A stretch of DNA of 64,000 bases from Acidobacteriota bacterium (lineage in GTDB: Bacteria > Acidobacteriota > Vicinamibacteria > Vicinamibacterales > SCN-69-37): positions 1,163,603-1,227,602 of the forward strand of contig JADJUS010000004.1 in the NCBI GenBank assembly GCA_016716905.1, read 5' to 3'. Positions 10,146-18,273 of this stretch are shown here, in pieces. The notes under the pieces were generated by a model. That model made no database searches, was not told where the DNA came from, and saw only the letters and a list, made by a program, of their open reading frames with translations. The position numbers and the translations under genes are program-made. Position 1 is the stretch's first letter. Every line of letters starts with the position of its first letter.

Positions 10146-10314
10146 GGCACCGAGGCTTCGCAGTCACGCAGGATTACAGGAGGCGCGGAGACACAGAGGC
10201 TTTGGGTCAACGCAGGATCACAGGAGCCGCGGAGACGCAGAGCTTTGGATTTCAAAGAAAGAAGAAGGAATTCCTCCCTGTCTCGGAGTCTCCTGTGATC
10301 CGTCGTGGTCGCGG
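10121..10314. repeat. REP-B array: three direct ~43-nt units plus one inverted unit
   Basis: Units at 10121-10164, 10165-10207 and 10208-10250 (cacgcaggattacaggaggcgc[t/g]gag.cac.gaggct...). An inverted partial unit lies at 10274-10314 (ctcggagtctcctgtgatccgtcgtgg). Unit 1 supplies the last codons and the stop of dsbD. Confidence 0.85.
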
Positions 10315-10324
10315 ATGCGGCGTG

Positions 10325-12193
10325 TTATTGCCGCGCGCTGGCAGGCGCGGCGATTACGTCGGCTCTGGCAGCCTGCAGGATTTTCCTATTCGGCGCCTGC
10401 ACGAATGCGACGGCGACGAGTTCCCCGGGATTGATCTTCGTCATCGCCTTGTCTTCGGCGGCGAATGTCTGGGGCGCGCCGGCTGCGGCGCCACGGCGGC
10501 GCGCGATGTCCGTCGCCAGGCTGCGCGTGATCGACTGGCCAATCGCAGCCAGATCAAACGTGTGCTGCACCGAGCCAGTCGCGGCGATCGGAAGTCCCTC
10601 GCTTTTGTCGCCAGCCACTCCCCGCACCACCATGTGGTGGCTCCTGATACCGTTCTCGCCGCCGAACATCAGCTGTTTCTCCGCCAGCACCACCACCAGC
10701 CTGAGGTCCGCGGTGTTCGCCGGCAACTTCGAGACGTCCGCGGTCACCATCACCTTGGTGCCCTGGATGGTCGCACGCACGGAGACCGCCGCGTCTGATG
10801 CCACTTCAAGCGCGCGGTCGATCAGGCCCACGTACTTCTCGTACACCTCGGGCGCGCGGTTCCTGCCGCCGCCACCCAGATTCTCTCCAGCCGGATTCGC
10901 CGCCATCGCGCCACTAATCTGCATCGTCGGCACGCCGTTCACGGCGTAGAACAGCCGCCGGGCATTGCTCTCGGGTGTGGTCATCGGATCCGGCCCCGGG
11001 ATGTGCACGTGGTACGCAAGCGGGATGACGATGTCGGCGGGGTAGCGGTCGAGGGTGGTGTCAAAGGCGAGGTCGGCGGCCACGCAGGGAGGGCAGGCCG
11101 AGCCGGTAAACATCTCAAGGACCACGACGCGGTCGGTGCGGCGCGCGGTCGGCACGTAGGGTTCGGCCTTCATCATCTTCGGCAGGGCGCGATACCGTTC
11201 GTTGATGTCTGCGTCGAGCTTCGCCTCCAGCGCCGGCGTCATCACATCGGAGTTGCCGTGCTGCTTCGCGTACAGGGAACGCAGAGCCTCGCCATCGGCG
11301 CCGCGAAGGAATGAGAGCGCGGCCGCTTTCATGTAGTGGTCCAGCGCTTCGGCCACCGCGCCACGGTCATGTTCGAGTTTGGCCAGTGAGATCAGGGCGC
11401 CAGGCAACAGCGGATCGCGGCCGACTGCATCGAGCAGGATCGCTTCGGCCCTGGCCGGCTCGGCTTTGTACAGGTTCGTGAGTGAACTCAGCGCGGCCAT
11501 GTTCACAGGGGCCGTTTTGATCACGTCGAGCAGGAAGCTCTCGGCGCGGGCCCGCTCATTGCGATCGACGTACAAGCTCACGAGGGCCGCGACGGCGGCG
11601 GGGGATTCCGACGCCGCTGCGCGGTATTCCACCTCGGCGCGCGCGGGGTCGCCCTTTGCCGCGTAGAGGCGGCCCAGCTGATAGCGGCCGGTCGCGCGGT
11701 TCTGGCTGGTGAGCGTGGGCGGCGCCATCGCGTCCACAAGCACGGCTTCAGCGCGGTCCAGCAGGACCTTGCGCGTCACCAGGCGCGCCGCCGCGCCGAT
11801 GGTCTCGGTGAAACGCGCATCGGGCGTTGCGTTGGCCGGAATCCTGGCCAGCATGCGGTTGAGCACTTCGTTGGCGGAGCCTTCAGCATCGGGCATCTGC
11901 AGGACGGCCGAGAGTACCTGTGAATCAACGACATTCAACAGGGACGAACCCGGGTATCCAATCCGAATCTTCTCGAGTGCAGTGAGCCGATCGGCCAGTG
12001 TCGTGATGCGCAGCGCGGCGTCGAGCGCCTTCTGTTCGGGCAGCACCACGGCCGGTGCGGAGTCGTCGGACATTTCGCGCAACGACGGGTCCTGCGCCGG
12101 CGCCTGTTGTGCGCGGCCACTGGTCGTGACAAGGCCCATGCCGAACACGCCGGCAATGACGATCAGCGGCGCGACGATTCGCGAGACAGACAT
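10325..12193 (-). CDS. secreted TPR-like repeat protein with C-terminal thioredoxin-like CPPC domain
   Basis: Signal anchor MSVSRIVAPLIVIAGVFGMGLVTTSGRAQQ and alpha-helical repeat region. C-terminal VVVLEMFTGSACPPCVAADLAFD thioredoxin-fold motif. Start trimmed to the ATG at 12191-12193. Confidence 0.72.
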   Translation of the reverse strand: MSVSRIVAPLIVIAGVFGMGLVTTSGRAQQAPAQDPSLREMSDDSAPAVVLPEQKALDAALRITTLADRLTALEKIRIGYPGSSLLNVVDSQVLSAVLQMPDAEGSANEVLNRMLARIPANATPDARFTETIGAAARLVTRKVLLDRAEAVLVDAMAPPTLTSQNRATGRYQLGRLYAAKGDPARAEVEYRAAASESPAAVAALVSLYVDRNERARAESFLLDVIKTAPVNMAALSSLTNLYKAEPARAEAILLDAVGRDPLLPGALISLAKLEHDRGAVAEALDHYMKAAALSFLRGADGEALRSLYAKQHGNSDVMTPALEAKLDADINERYRALPKMMKAEPYVPTARRTDRVVVLEMFTGSACPPCVAADLAFDTTLDRYPADIVIPLAYHVHIPGPDPMTTPESNARRLFYAVNGVPTMQISGAMAANPAGENLGGGGRNRAPEVYEKYVGLIDRALEVASDAAVSVRATIQGTKVMVTADVSKLPANTADLRLVVVLAEKQLMFGGENGIRSHHMVVRGVAGDKSEGLPIAATGSVQHTFDLAAIGQSITRSLATDIARRRGAAAGAPQTFAAEDKAMTKINPGELVAVAFVQAPNRKILQAARADVIAAPASARQ

Positions 12194-12258
12194 TCCGGCC
12201 CCCTTCAGGTCTACGTGATGGGCCTCATTGTAGATCACTCAGTTAGACTAGCCGGGCG

Positions 12259-13056
12259 ATGTCTCTAGCCACCTTGCCCAGGCCGTTACGGCCACCGCTC
12301 AAGTGGGCAGGGGGCAAGCGTTGGCAGGTGCCGCACCTGCGTCCCTTGTGGGAGCCACATCGCCAGCGCCGCCTGGTCGAACCGTTCTGCGGCGGACTGG
12401 CTGTCGCGCTGGGCCTGATGCCGGAGCGCGCGGTCCTGAATGACGCGAATCCACACCTCATCAACTTCTATCGGTGGCTTCAGCGCGGCTTGCGCATCAA
12501 GCTGCCGATGGAAAACGATGAGGCGCTCTTCTATCAGCATCGGGAGCGCTTTAACGCCCTGTTGGAAGCGAACAAGAGCGACACAAGCGAAGCCGCGTCG
12601 CTGTTCTACTACCTCAATCGGACCGGCTACAACGGACTGTGCCGTTTCAACAGTCGTGGTTTGTTCAACGTGCCTTTTGGCCGGTATGCCCGCATCGGCT
12701 ACGTCACGGATTTCGCCGCTTACAAGGAGACGTTCGCTGACTGGGTGTTCACCCTGGGCGATATCGAAGACCTCGCCTTGGAGCGCCGCGACTTCGTGTA
12801 CGCGGACCCGCCGTATGACGTGGAGTTCACCACCTACTCCAAGGGCGGCTTCTCGTGGGACGACCAGGAGCGCACGGCAAGCGCGCTGGCGCGACATCGG
12901 GGTCCGGTGGTCCTGGTGAACCAGGCGACAGAGCGCATTGAACAGCTTTATAGGAAGCTCGGGTTCGCCGTCCGGTTCCTCGACGCCCCTCGCCGCATCA
13001 GTTGCACGGGGGACCGCACGCAGGTCCGGGAGATCCTGGCGACACGCAACTTGTGA
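12259..13056 (+). CDS. dam: Dam-type (D12 class) N6-adenine DNA methyltransferase
   Basis: LKWAGGKRW, EPFCGG (SAM motif), YLNRTGYNGLCRFN, NVPFGRY and YADPPYD (DPPY catalytic motif) are collinear with E. coli Dam. Confidence 0.9.
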   Translation: MSLATLPRPLRPPLKWAGGKRWQVPHLRPLWEPHRQRRLVEPFCGGLAVALGLMPERAVLNDANPHLINFYRWLQRGLRIKLPMENDEALFYQHRERFNALLEANKSDTSEAASLFYYLNRTGYNGLCRFNSRGLFNVPFGRYARIGYVTDFAAYKETFADWVFTLGDIEDLALERRDFVYADPPYDVEFTTYSKGGFSWDDQERTASALARHRGPVVLVNQATERIEQLYRKLGFAVRFLDAPRRISCTGDRTQVREILATRNL

Positions 13057-13066
13057 CGACGCGTGT

Positions 13067-13195
13067 CCACGACGGATTACAGGGAGGAAAGGAGGCCGGG
13101 AGTATCTTCCTTAGAAGGCGAAACCTCTGCGCCTCGGCGTCTCTGTGTGATCCGTCGTTGTCTCGTTCCCTCCGTGCCTCCTGTGATCCGTCGTG
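13067..13195. repeat. REP-B cluster (one forward, two inverted units) between dam and the MoxR operon
   Basis: ccacgacggattacagggagg lies opposite ctctgtgtgatccgtcgttg and cctcctgtgatccgtcgtgg. These can form long hairpins. Confidence 0.8.
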
Positions 13196-13228
13196 GCTGC
13201 GGTCGTGTAAGATTGCCCGTAATCCGAC

Positions 13229-14839
13229 ATGGTTGGGCACTCCCGGACCCGAATCTGGCGCACGCTTCTCTCGGTGGCGCTCGTGTGCTGTGTGGGAACC
13301 GGTGGCACAGGTGATCGCGTTTCCGCGCAGGCGCAGCCGCAGTTCGCGGACACCGGGACCATTCCCATTCGTGTCGTCAACGGCCGTGTGATCGTGCTGA
13401 CGGACCTGGTGGGTCTGCGTTACACGAACGAAGCGAGCTTCGAGATTTCCTTCGAGTATCCGGATGCGCTGACGCTGCATCCGGATCAGTACGGCTGGCT
13501 GGGGCTGGATCCCAATGACCTCGGCCTGGGCGAGTCGCCACTGATTCACATCCTCATCTCGCCTGGGATCAAGTTGTCGATCCCCGCAAAAGAGGTGGTC
13601 GCCGAGACCTCAGAAGAACGTGTGGCGTTCCAGAACGCGATGACCAAGCTTCACTCGGCCGACATGGGTGAGCGCAAACTCAAGGGGACCATCGGCATTG
13701 GGTTGCTGAAGAAGTACTTCGTCACGCTCGACCTTGTGGAGAAGCAGCTCATCCTGGCGCCCCCCAAAGACACTGGCGAGGCGTCTGCCACGGCCGACCT
13801 CGCGGATGTGGTCATCACCCCGTTTGAGTACGCCAACAACCGTATCCAGGTCGGCCTCAGCTACGGCGACGACCGCCGCGGTGTTCTCGCCATCGGCGGC
13901 GCCAATTACGACACCGTGATCGATTCGCGCGTGACGAAGCCGCTGGGCAAGCCCGCCGGTGACGTCAGTCCGCTGTTCGTGGCGGACTCGGGCACCGCCG
14001 GCAAGCGCCTGGATCTGTCGCGGTCGCTGGCGTTCCGCCCGCGTGCGTTCGGGCTGGCCGCCACGCCCGGGGTCGATAGTCCGCTGGTCATCACCGGCGT
14101 CAACTTCCTTGAGCAGTTTCGCATCGAACTCGACTGGAACAACCAGCGCCTGGCCCTCACGCAGAAGGGCATCCCCAGGTATCCCCAACAGGACTTTGCG
14201 TTCTTCGAGGCTGAAAGCCGAGGCACGCCCGAGGCCCTGGAAGGCTACCTGACGAAGTATCCGAAAGAGCGGCTGAGCGCTGATGCTGCTGCGCTGCTGG
14301 TGAAGTCGCGGCTTGATGCCGCCGGGTCTGCAGACGCGGACGTCCTGAAGGCTATGCAGTGGGCTGTCAACACAGCCGGCGTCGGCCGCCGCACCGAGAC
14401 GTGCCTCGAGTACGCGATGAGCTTTGGTGAAATGCCCGGCCGCACCGACCTGGCCATCGCCGCGGGGAAAGAGGGGTTGAAGTACTCGCGCGAAGCGTTT
14501 GACGCCCGCGTGGTGTACGACCTGCACCACCTGCTCGGGCAGCTTCACATGAAGCAGTCGAAGTGGACCGACGCCTGGAAGCACCTGCTCTCGGCGGCGT
14601 TCATGGCGCCTGACGATCTGGAAATCGCGCTCGATTTGGCGCGCGTCTATGACAAACAAGGGCAGAGCCGGCGCGCCTACGCGCGCTACAAGCGCGTGGC
14701 AGCCGCGGGCGGGGTGCCTCCCGAGATCGCCGTCGAAGTAAAAAGCGCGATGGACCGCATCCGCGTGTTGCTGCCGAAGGATGATCCTCTGCTGCGCGAC
14801 GAAAAGGCTGCTGCTGGAAAAGGTGGAGGCGGCCGCTGA
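13229..14839 (+). CDS. secreted hypothetical protein, two beta-rich modules (possibly degenerate retropepsin-like) + C-terminal TPR-like helices; first gene of the operon
   Basis: Signal peptide MVGHSRTRIWRTLLSVALVCCVGTGG. Two modules end in ...KKYFVTLDLVEKQLILAPP and ...EQFRIELDWNNQRLALTQ. The helical C-terminus ends DLARVYDKQGQSRRAYARYKRV. The stop overlaps the next start (TGATG). Confidence 0.7.
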   Translation: MVGHSRTRIWRTLLSVALVCCVGTGGTGDRVSAQAQPQFADTGTIPIRVVNGRVIVLTDLVGLRYTNEASFEISFEYPDALTLHPDQYGWLGLDPNDLGLGESPLIHILISPGIKLSIPAKEVVAETSEERVAFQNAMTKLHSADMGERKLKGTIGIGLLKKYFVTLDLVEKQLILAPPKDTGEASATADLADVVITPFEYANNRIQVGLSYGDDRRGVLAIGGANYDTVIDSRVTKPLGKPAGDVSPLFVADSGTAGKRLDLSRSLAFRPRAFGLAATPGVDSPLVITGVNFLEQFRIELDWNNQRLALTQKGIPRYPQQDFAFFEAESRGTPEALEGYLTKYPKERLSADAAALLVKSRLDAAGSADADVLKAMQWAVNTAGVGRRTETCLEYAMSFGEMPGRTDLAIAAGKEGLKYSREAFDARVVYDLHHLLGQLHMKQSKWTDAWKHLLSAAFMAPDDLEIALDLARVYDKQGQSRRAYARYKRVAAAGGVPPEIAVEVKSAMDRIRVLLPKDDPLLRDEKAAAGKGGGGR

Positions 14840-16347
14840 TGGCGCAGGGACCGGTCCTTCAACAGCAACTCAATGCACTGGCCACGCGCGCTCAGCGCAG
14901 CCTCGGCCGGTGGGCGTTCGCGCGCGACCTTCGCATGACCGTGCGCGACTCACTCGTGTGGCTGCTGGTTGCACCCATCCTCCTGTTCAGCGCGCAAGTC
15001 GTGATGCTGCTCGTTGGTCGCGGGCCTCTGGCATGGCCCGCCATGGTGTGGGTGCTGCTCGCAGTGGCCGGACCGGTCGCCTATGTGGCCGTTCGCATGG
15101 CATCGCTCGCGAAGGGGCGGCACCTCGACCGTCGCGCGTGCCTTGGCGCGTTTGACCTGCAGCTCACCAGCAACGATCGGCTGGTGACCGCCGATGAATT
15201 TCTCGCCGCCGGCGCATCCGACCACTTCCGGCAGGCGGCGATTGACGATGCCGCGGATCACATCGCTCGGGCGGGCGCCACGACGCTCGAAGAAAAGGCG
15301 CTGCCGGCATGGGCCATCTCGCGGCGCAGTTGGGCGGCCACAGTCGCCGCCGCGGCTCTGATCGTCGGCGCGTTGTGGCTTGGTGATGTGGCGTCGGGCA
15401 TCCGGAATGCACCGGATGCGGAAACGGTTTTGACCACCGCCGACCTGCAGACGGTACCGGCGCGTGTGGCGGCGGCATTGCTCGATCTGCGGCCCAATCC
15501 GCCGAGGCCCGATCGCCCCGAGGCCGCCGAGGCGGTGCCGGCGAACGCCTCGCAGCCCTCGGCTGATGCGTCGCCGAAGACGCCGAGGACGGATCAGGAG
15601 GCCGATGGCCAGTCACACGCCGGCGGTCAGGCGAGCAGCAAATCGGCGAGCCAGGCGATGAGCAGCAGCGGAACGCCGTCCAACCAGCAGACACCATCGC
15701 AGCCCCTTGAAGAAGACCCGCCACAGCCGCAGGACGCAGCGGCCACCACGCAGGCGAAAAAGGCCGAGGGGAAAAAAGGCCAGCAGCAGGCGTCGTCTGC
15801 CACGTCAGGCCAAGGCCAGTCCAAGTCATCCAGCAGCGATTCAAATTCCATCCCCGCCACCGACCAGCCCGATCGCGCCGGCGCGAACAAGGATGACGGG
15901 AAGGACGAAGAGGGGATGCAGGACGAGGAAGAGGAAGAGAAGACGAGCGGTGTGGAGCGGCCGTCATTGCGTCGCAACAAACCGCCGGTCGATCGCAACC
16001 TCTCGAATCGCCCTGCCACCGACCAGGCGGGTCCCAACGCGAACGGGCGTAGCGGACCCGGCGGTCGCAAGAAAACGCGCGGCGTGCCCGCGATGATCCT
16101 GGGTGTGCCAACGCCCGACCGCATTCAGGGGATGACCAACCCCGGCCGCTCGAAGGTGACACAGGAGAACTCGACGCCGAAGGAAGAACCGCAGTCGGCG
16201 CTGACCGCCGAGGAGCGGGCCGCGCGCGAAAATCCCTTCGGCTACATCGAGCACCCGGTGCTGCGGCCATGGATGCAGACCCTGGTCGAGAAGTATTTCC
16301 TGCAACTGCGTGGGAAGACTGAGCTTCCCCCAATCAGAAAAGAGTGA
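14839..16347 (+). CDS. membrane protein with ~250-aa S/Q/P/D/E-rich disordered region and conserved C-terminal tail
   Basis: Three to four hydrophobic helices (LVWLLVAPILLFSAQVVMLLV, MVWVLLAVAGPVAYVAV, ATVAAAALIVGALWL). A low-complexity stretch follows, then NPFGYIEHPVLRPWMQTLVEKYFLQL. It sits 4 nt upstream of moxR. Confidence 0.75.
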   Translation: MAQGPVLQQQLNALATRAQRSLGRWAFARDLRMTVRDSLVWLLVAPILLFSAQVVMLLVGRGPLAWPAMVWVLLAVAGPVAYVAVRMASLAKGRHLDRRACLGAFDLQLTSNDRLVTADEFLAAGASDHFRQAAIDDAADHIARAGATTLEEKALPAWAISRRSWAATVAAAALIVGALWLGDVASGIRNAPDAETVLTTADLQTVPARVAAALLDLRPNPPRPDRPEAAEAVPANASQPSADASPKTPRTDQEADGQSHAGGQASSKSASQAMSSSGTPSNQQTPSQPLEEDPPQPQDAAATTQAKKAEGKKGQQQASSATSGQGQSKSSSSDSNSIPATDQPDRAGANKDDGKDEEGMQDEEEEEKTSGVERPSLRRNKPPVDRNLSNRPATDQAGPNANGRSGPGGRKKTRGVPAMILGVPTPDRIQGMTNPGRSKVTQENSTPKEEPQSALTAEERAARENPFGYIEHPVLRPWMQTLVEKYFLQLRGKTELPPIRKE

Positions 16348-16351
16348 CGTG

Positions 16352-17371
16352 ATGACAACCACAACAGGCGCGGCCGAGGCGCGTGAAGCGGCGGCGCGGT
16401 TCCGCACGGTGTATGCGGATATCAAGCGGCGCGTGAACCAGATGATGGTGGGCCAGGACGAGATCGTGGACGGCGTCATGACCGCGCTCCTCGCCGGCGG
16501 CCACGTGCTGCTCGAGGGCGTCCCCGGGCTGGGTAAGACGATGCTCGTGCGGTGCCTGAGTTCGGCAATTGAAACCAAGTTTTCGCGCATCCAGTTCACG
16601 CCCGACATGATGCCCGCCGACATTCAGGGCACCTGGGTGCTGATGGAGAACGATCAGGGACGCCACGACCTGCGATTCCAGGAAGGTCCGCTCATCGCGA
16701 ACCTGGTGCTGGCCGACGAAATCAACCGCGCCACGCCCAAGACGCAGTCGGCGTTGCTCGAAGCGATGCAAGAGCGTCAGGTCACCGTGGGCAAGCGCAC
16801 GATCAAGCTGGACGAGCCTTTTTGCGTGCTCGCGACCCAGAACCCGGTGGAGCAGGAAGGCACGTATCCGCTCCCGGAAGCGCAGCTCGACCGTTTCCTG
16901 CTGAAGCTTGTCGTCGGTTACCCGAAGGAAGAGGACTACAGCGCCATCCTTGACCGTACGATCGGCGACCACGAAGTGACGATTGAGCCGGTGACCAATG
17001 CCGCGGAAATCGTGCGGCTGCGGCATATCGTCCGCGCGGTGCCGGTGCCGGCGCATGCGCAGCAATACGCCATTCAGGTGGTGATGGGCACGCAGCCTGG
17101 CAGCCCGTATGCGCCCAAGAAGGTCAACGAGTATGTCGCGCTCGGCTCCAGCCCGCGTGGCGCGCAGTCGCTGTTGCTGGCCGCCAAGGTGCGGGCGCTG
17201 GTCAACGGCCGATTTGCCGTGAGCATCGACGACATCAAGCACCTTGCGCTGCCGGTGCTGCGTCACCGGTTGCTCATCAATTTCCATGGGCAGTCCGATC
17301 GCGTGACCGATGCAGATATTGTGGCGGCGGTGCTGGCGGCTGTCAGAGAGCCGCTCGAAGTTGCTTCATGA
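16352..17371 (+). CDS. MoxR-family AAA+ ATPase
   Basis: Walker A LLEGVPGLGKT, Walker B LVLADEINRATPKTQSALLEAMQE, then ATQNP...EAQLDRF. Length and order are typical of AAA_3/MoxR. Start trimmed from 16310 to the ATG at 16352. Confidence 0.92.
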   Translation: MTTTTGAAEAREAAARFRTVYADIKRRVNQMMVGQDEIVDGVMTALLAGGHVLLEGVPGLGKTMLVRCLSSAIETKFSRIQFTPDMMPADIQGTWVLMENDQGRHDLRFQEGPLIANLVLADEINRATPKTQSALLEAMQERQVTVGKRTIKLDEPFCVLATQNPVEQEGTYPLPEAQLDRFLLKLVVGYPKEEDYSAILDRTIGDHEVTIEPVTNAAEIVRLRHIVRAVPVPAHAQQYAIQVVMGTQPGSPYAPKKVNEYVALGSSPRGAQSLLLAAKVRALVNGRFAVSIDDIKHLALPVLRHRLLINFHGQSDRVTDADIVAAVLAAVREPLEVAS

Positions 17372-18273
17372 GCGCGGCCCCCATTCCGTTCGACAAACTC
17401 TTTGACCCGGGTTTCCTCGCCTCGCTCTCGCACCTGAGCATCACCGTGCAGCGCGTGGCGGCGGGGGGCCGGTTTGGAGATCGCCTGTCGAAGGACCTGG
17501 GAGCCGGCATCGAATTCCGTGACTATCGCGGCTATTCCCCCGGTGACGACCCGCGCGCGATCGACTGGAACATCTACCGGCGGCTCGGCAAGGTGTTCCT
17601 GCGGCTGTATGAAGAGCAGCAGGACCTGCCGCTGTATCTCATGCCCGACGTCTCCACGAGCATGTTTCACGAGCCGGAGCCGCGCGCACTGACGGCGCTG
17701 CGCACGGCACTCGCGCTGGCGACCATCAGCCTGTCGCATCACGACTCGACGGCGCTTTTTCCGTTCGCGGAAAAAATGGAGATGCGCGTGAAGTCCATGT
17801 CCGGCAAGGCCAGCACCATGGCATTTGCCGAGCATCTGGCCCGGTTGTCGCCCCCGGCTGAGGCAGGCACGAATCTGTCGGCCGCACTTCGAAGGCTGGC
17901 CGATATGAACCTGCGCCGCGGCCTGCTGGTAGTGATCAGTGACTTCTTCGATCCGGCCGGCCTCGATGCCATCCGTGATGCGCTCAGGAGCATCCGGCAC
18001 CGGATGTTGTTCGTGCAGCTCGTCCGCCCCTCCGATGAACAGCCCAACCTGGACGGCGATCTCAGGCTCGTGGACTGTGAGACGGGCGAGGCGGCCGAGA
18101 TCACCATCACGCCTCATGTGCTGGAGCGGTATCGCGACGCGTACGCGCAGTTCAATCGCGACCTCGCGGCGCTTGTGAAGTACCACCACGGTGGGTTGCT
18201 GCGTCTTGATGTGGAAGAGGACCTGGTCACGCAGCTCAACACGCTGTTTGCCGCCGGAAGCCTCGTGGTATGA
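17368..18273 (+). CDS. DUF58 domain protein (MoxR partner)
   Basis: GIEFRDYRGYSPGDDPRAIDWNIYRRLGK signature. ATGA overlap with moxR. Confidence 0.88.
   Translation: MSAAPIPFDKLFDPGFLASLSHLSITVQRVAAGGRFGDRLSKDLGAGIEFRDYRGYSPGDDPRAIDWNIYRRLGKVFLRLYEEQQDLPLYLMPDVSTSMFHEPEPRALTALRTALALATISLSHHDSTALFPFAEKMEMRVKSMSGKASTMAFAEHLARLSPPAEAGTNLSAALRRLADMNLRRGLLVVISDFFDPAGLDAIRDALRSIRHRMLFVQLVRPSDEQPNLDGDLRLVDCETGEAAEITITPHVLERYRDAYAQFNRDLAALVKYHHGGLLRLDVEEDLVTQLNTLFAAGSLVV

Noticed and set aside
10121-10250. Three ~43-nt direct repeats as a possible mini-CRISPR or riboswitch tandem
   Set aside because: The units are contiguous without spacers and overlap a CDS end. They belong to a dispersed family (6776, 13067) that also occurs inverted. 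That is consistent with REP elements or terminators.
12259-13056. Dam methyltransferase as part of a restriction-modification or BREX/DISARM-like system
   Set aside because: No endonuclease, helicase, PglZ or other defence hallmark genes are adjacent. The downstream operon is a MoxR/VWA envelope-type cluster. It is treated as an orphan methyltransferase.
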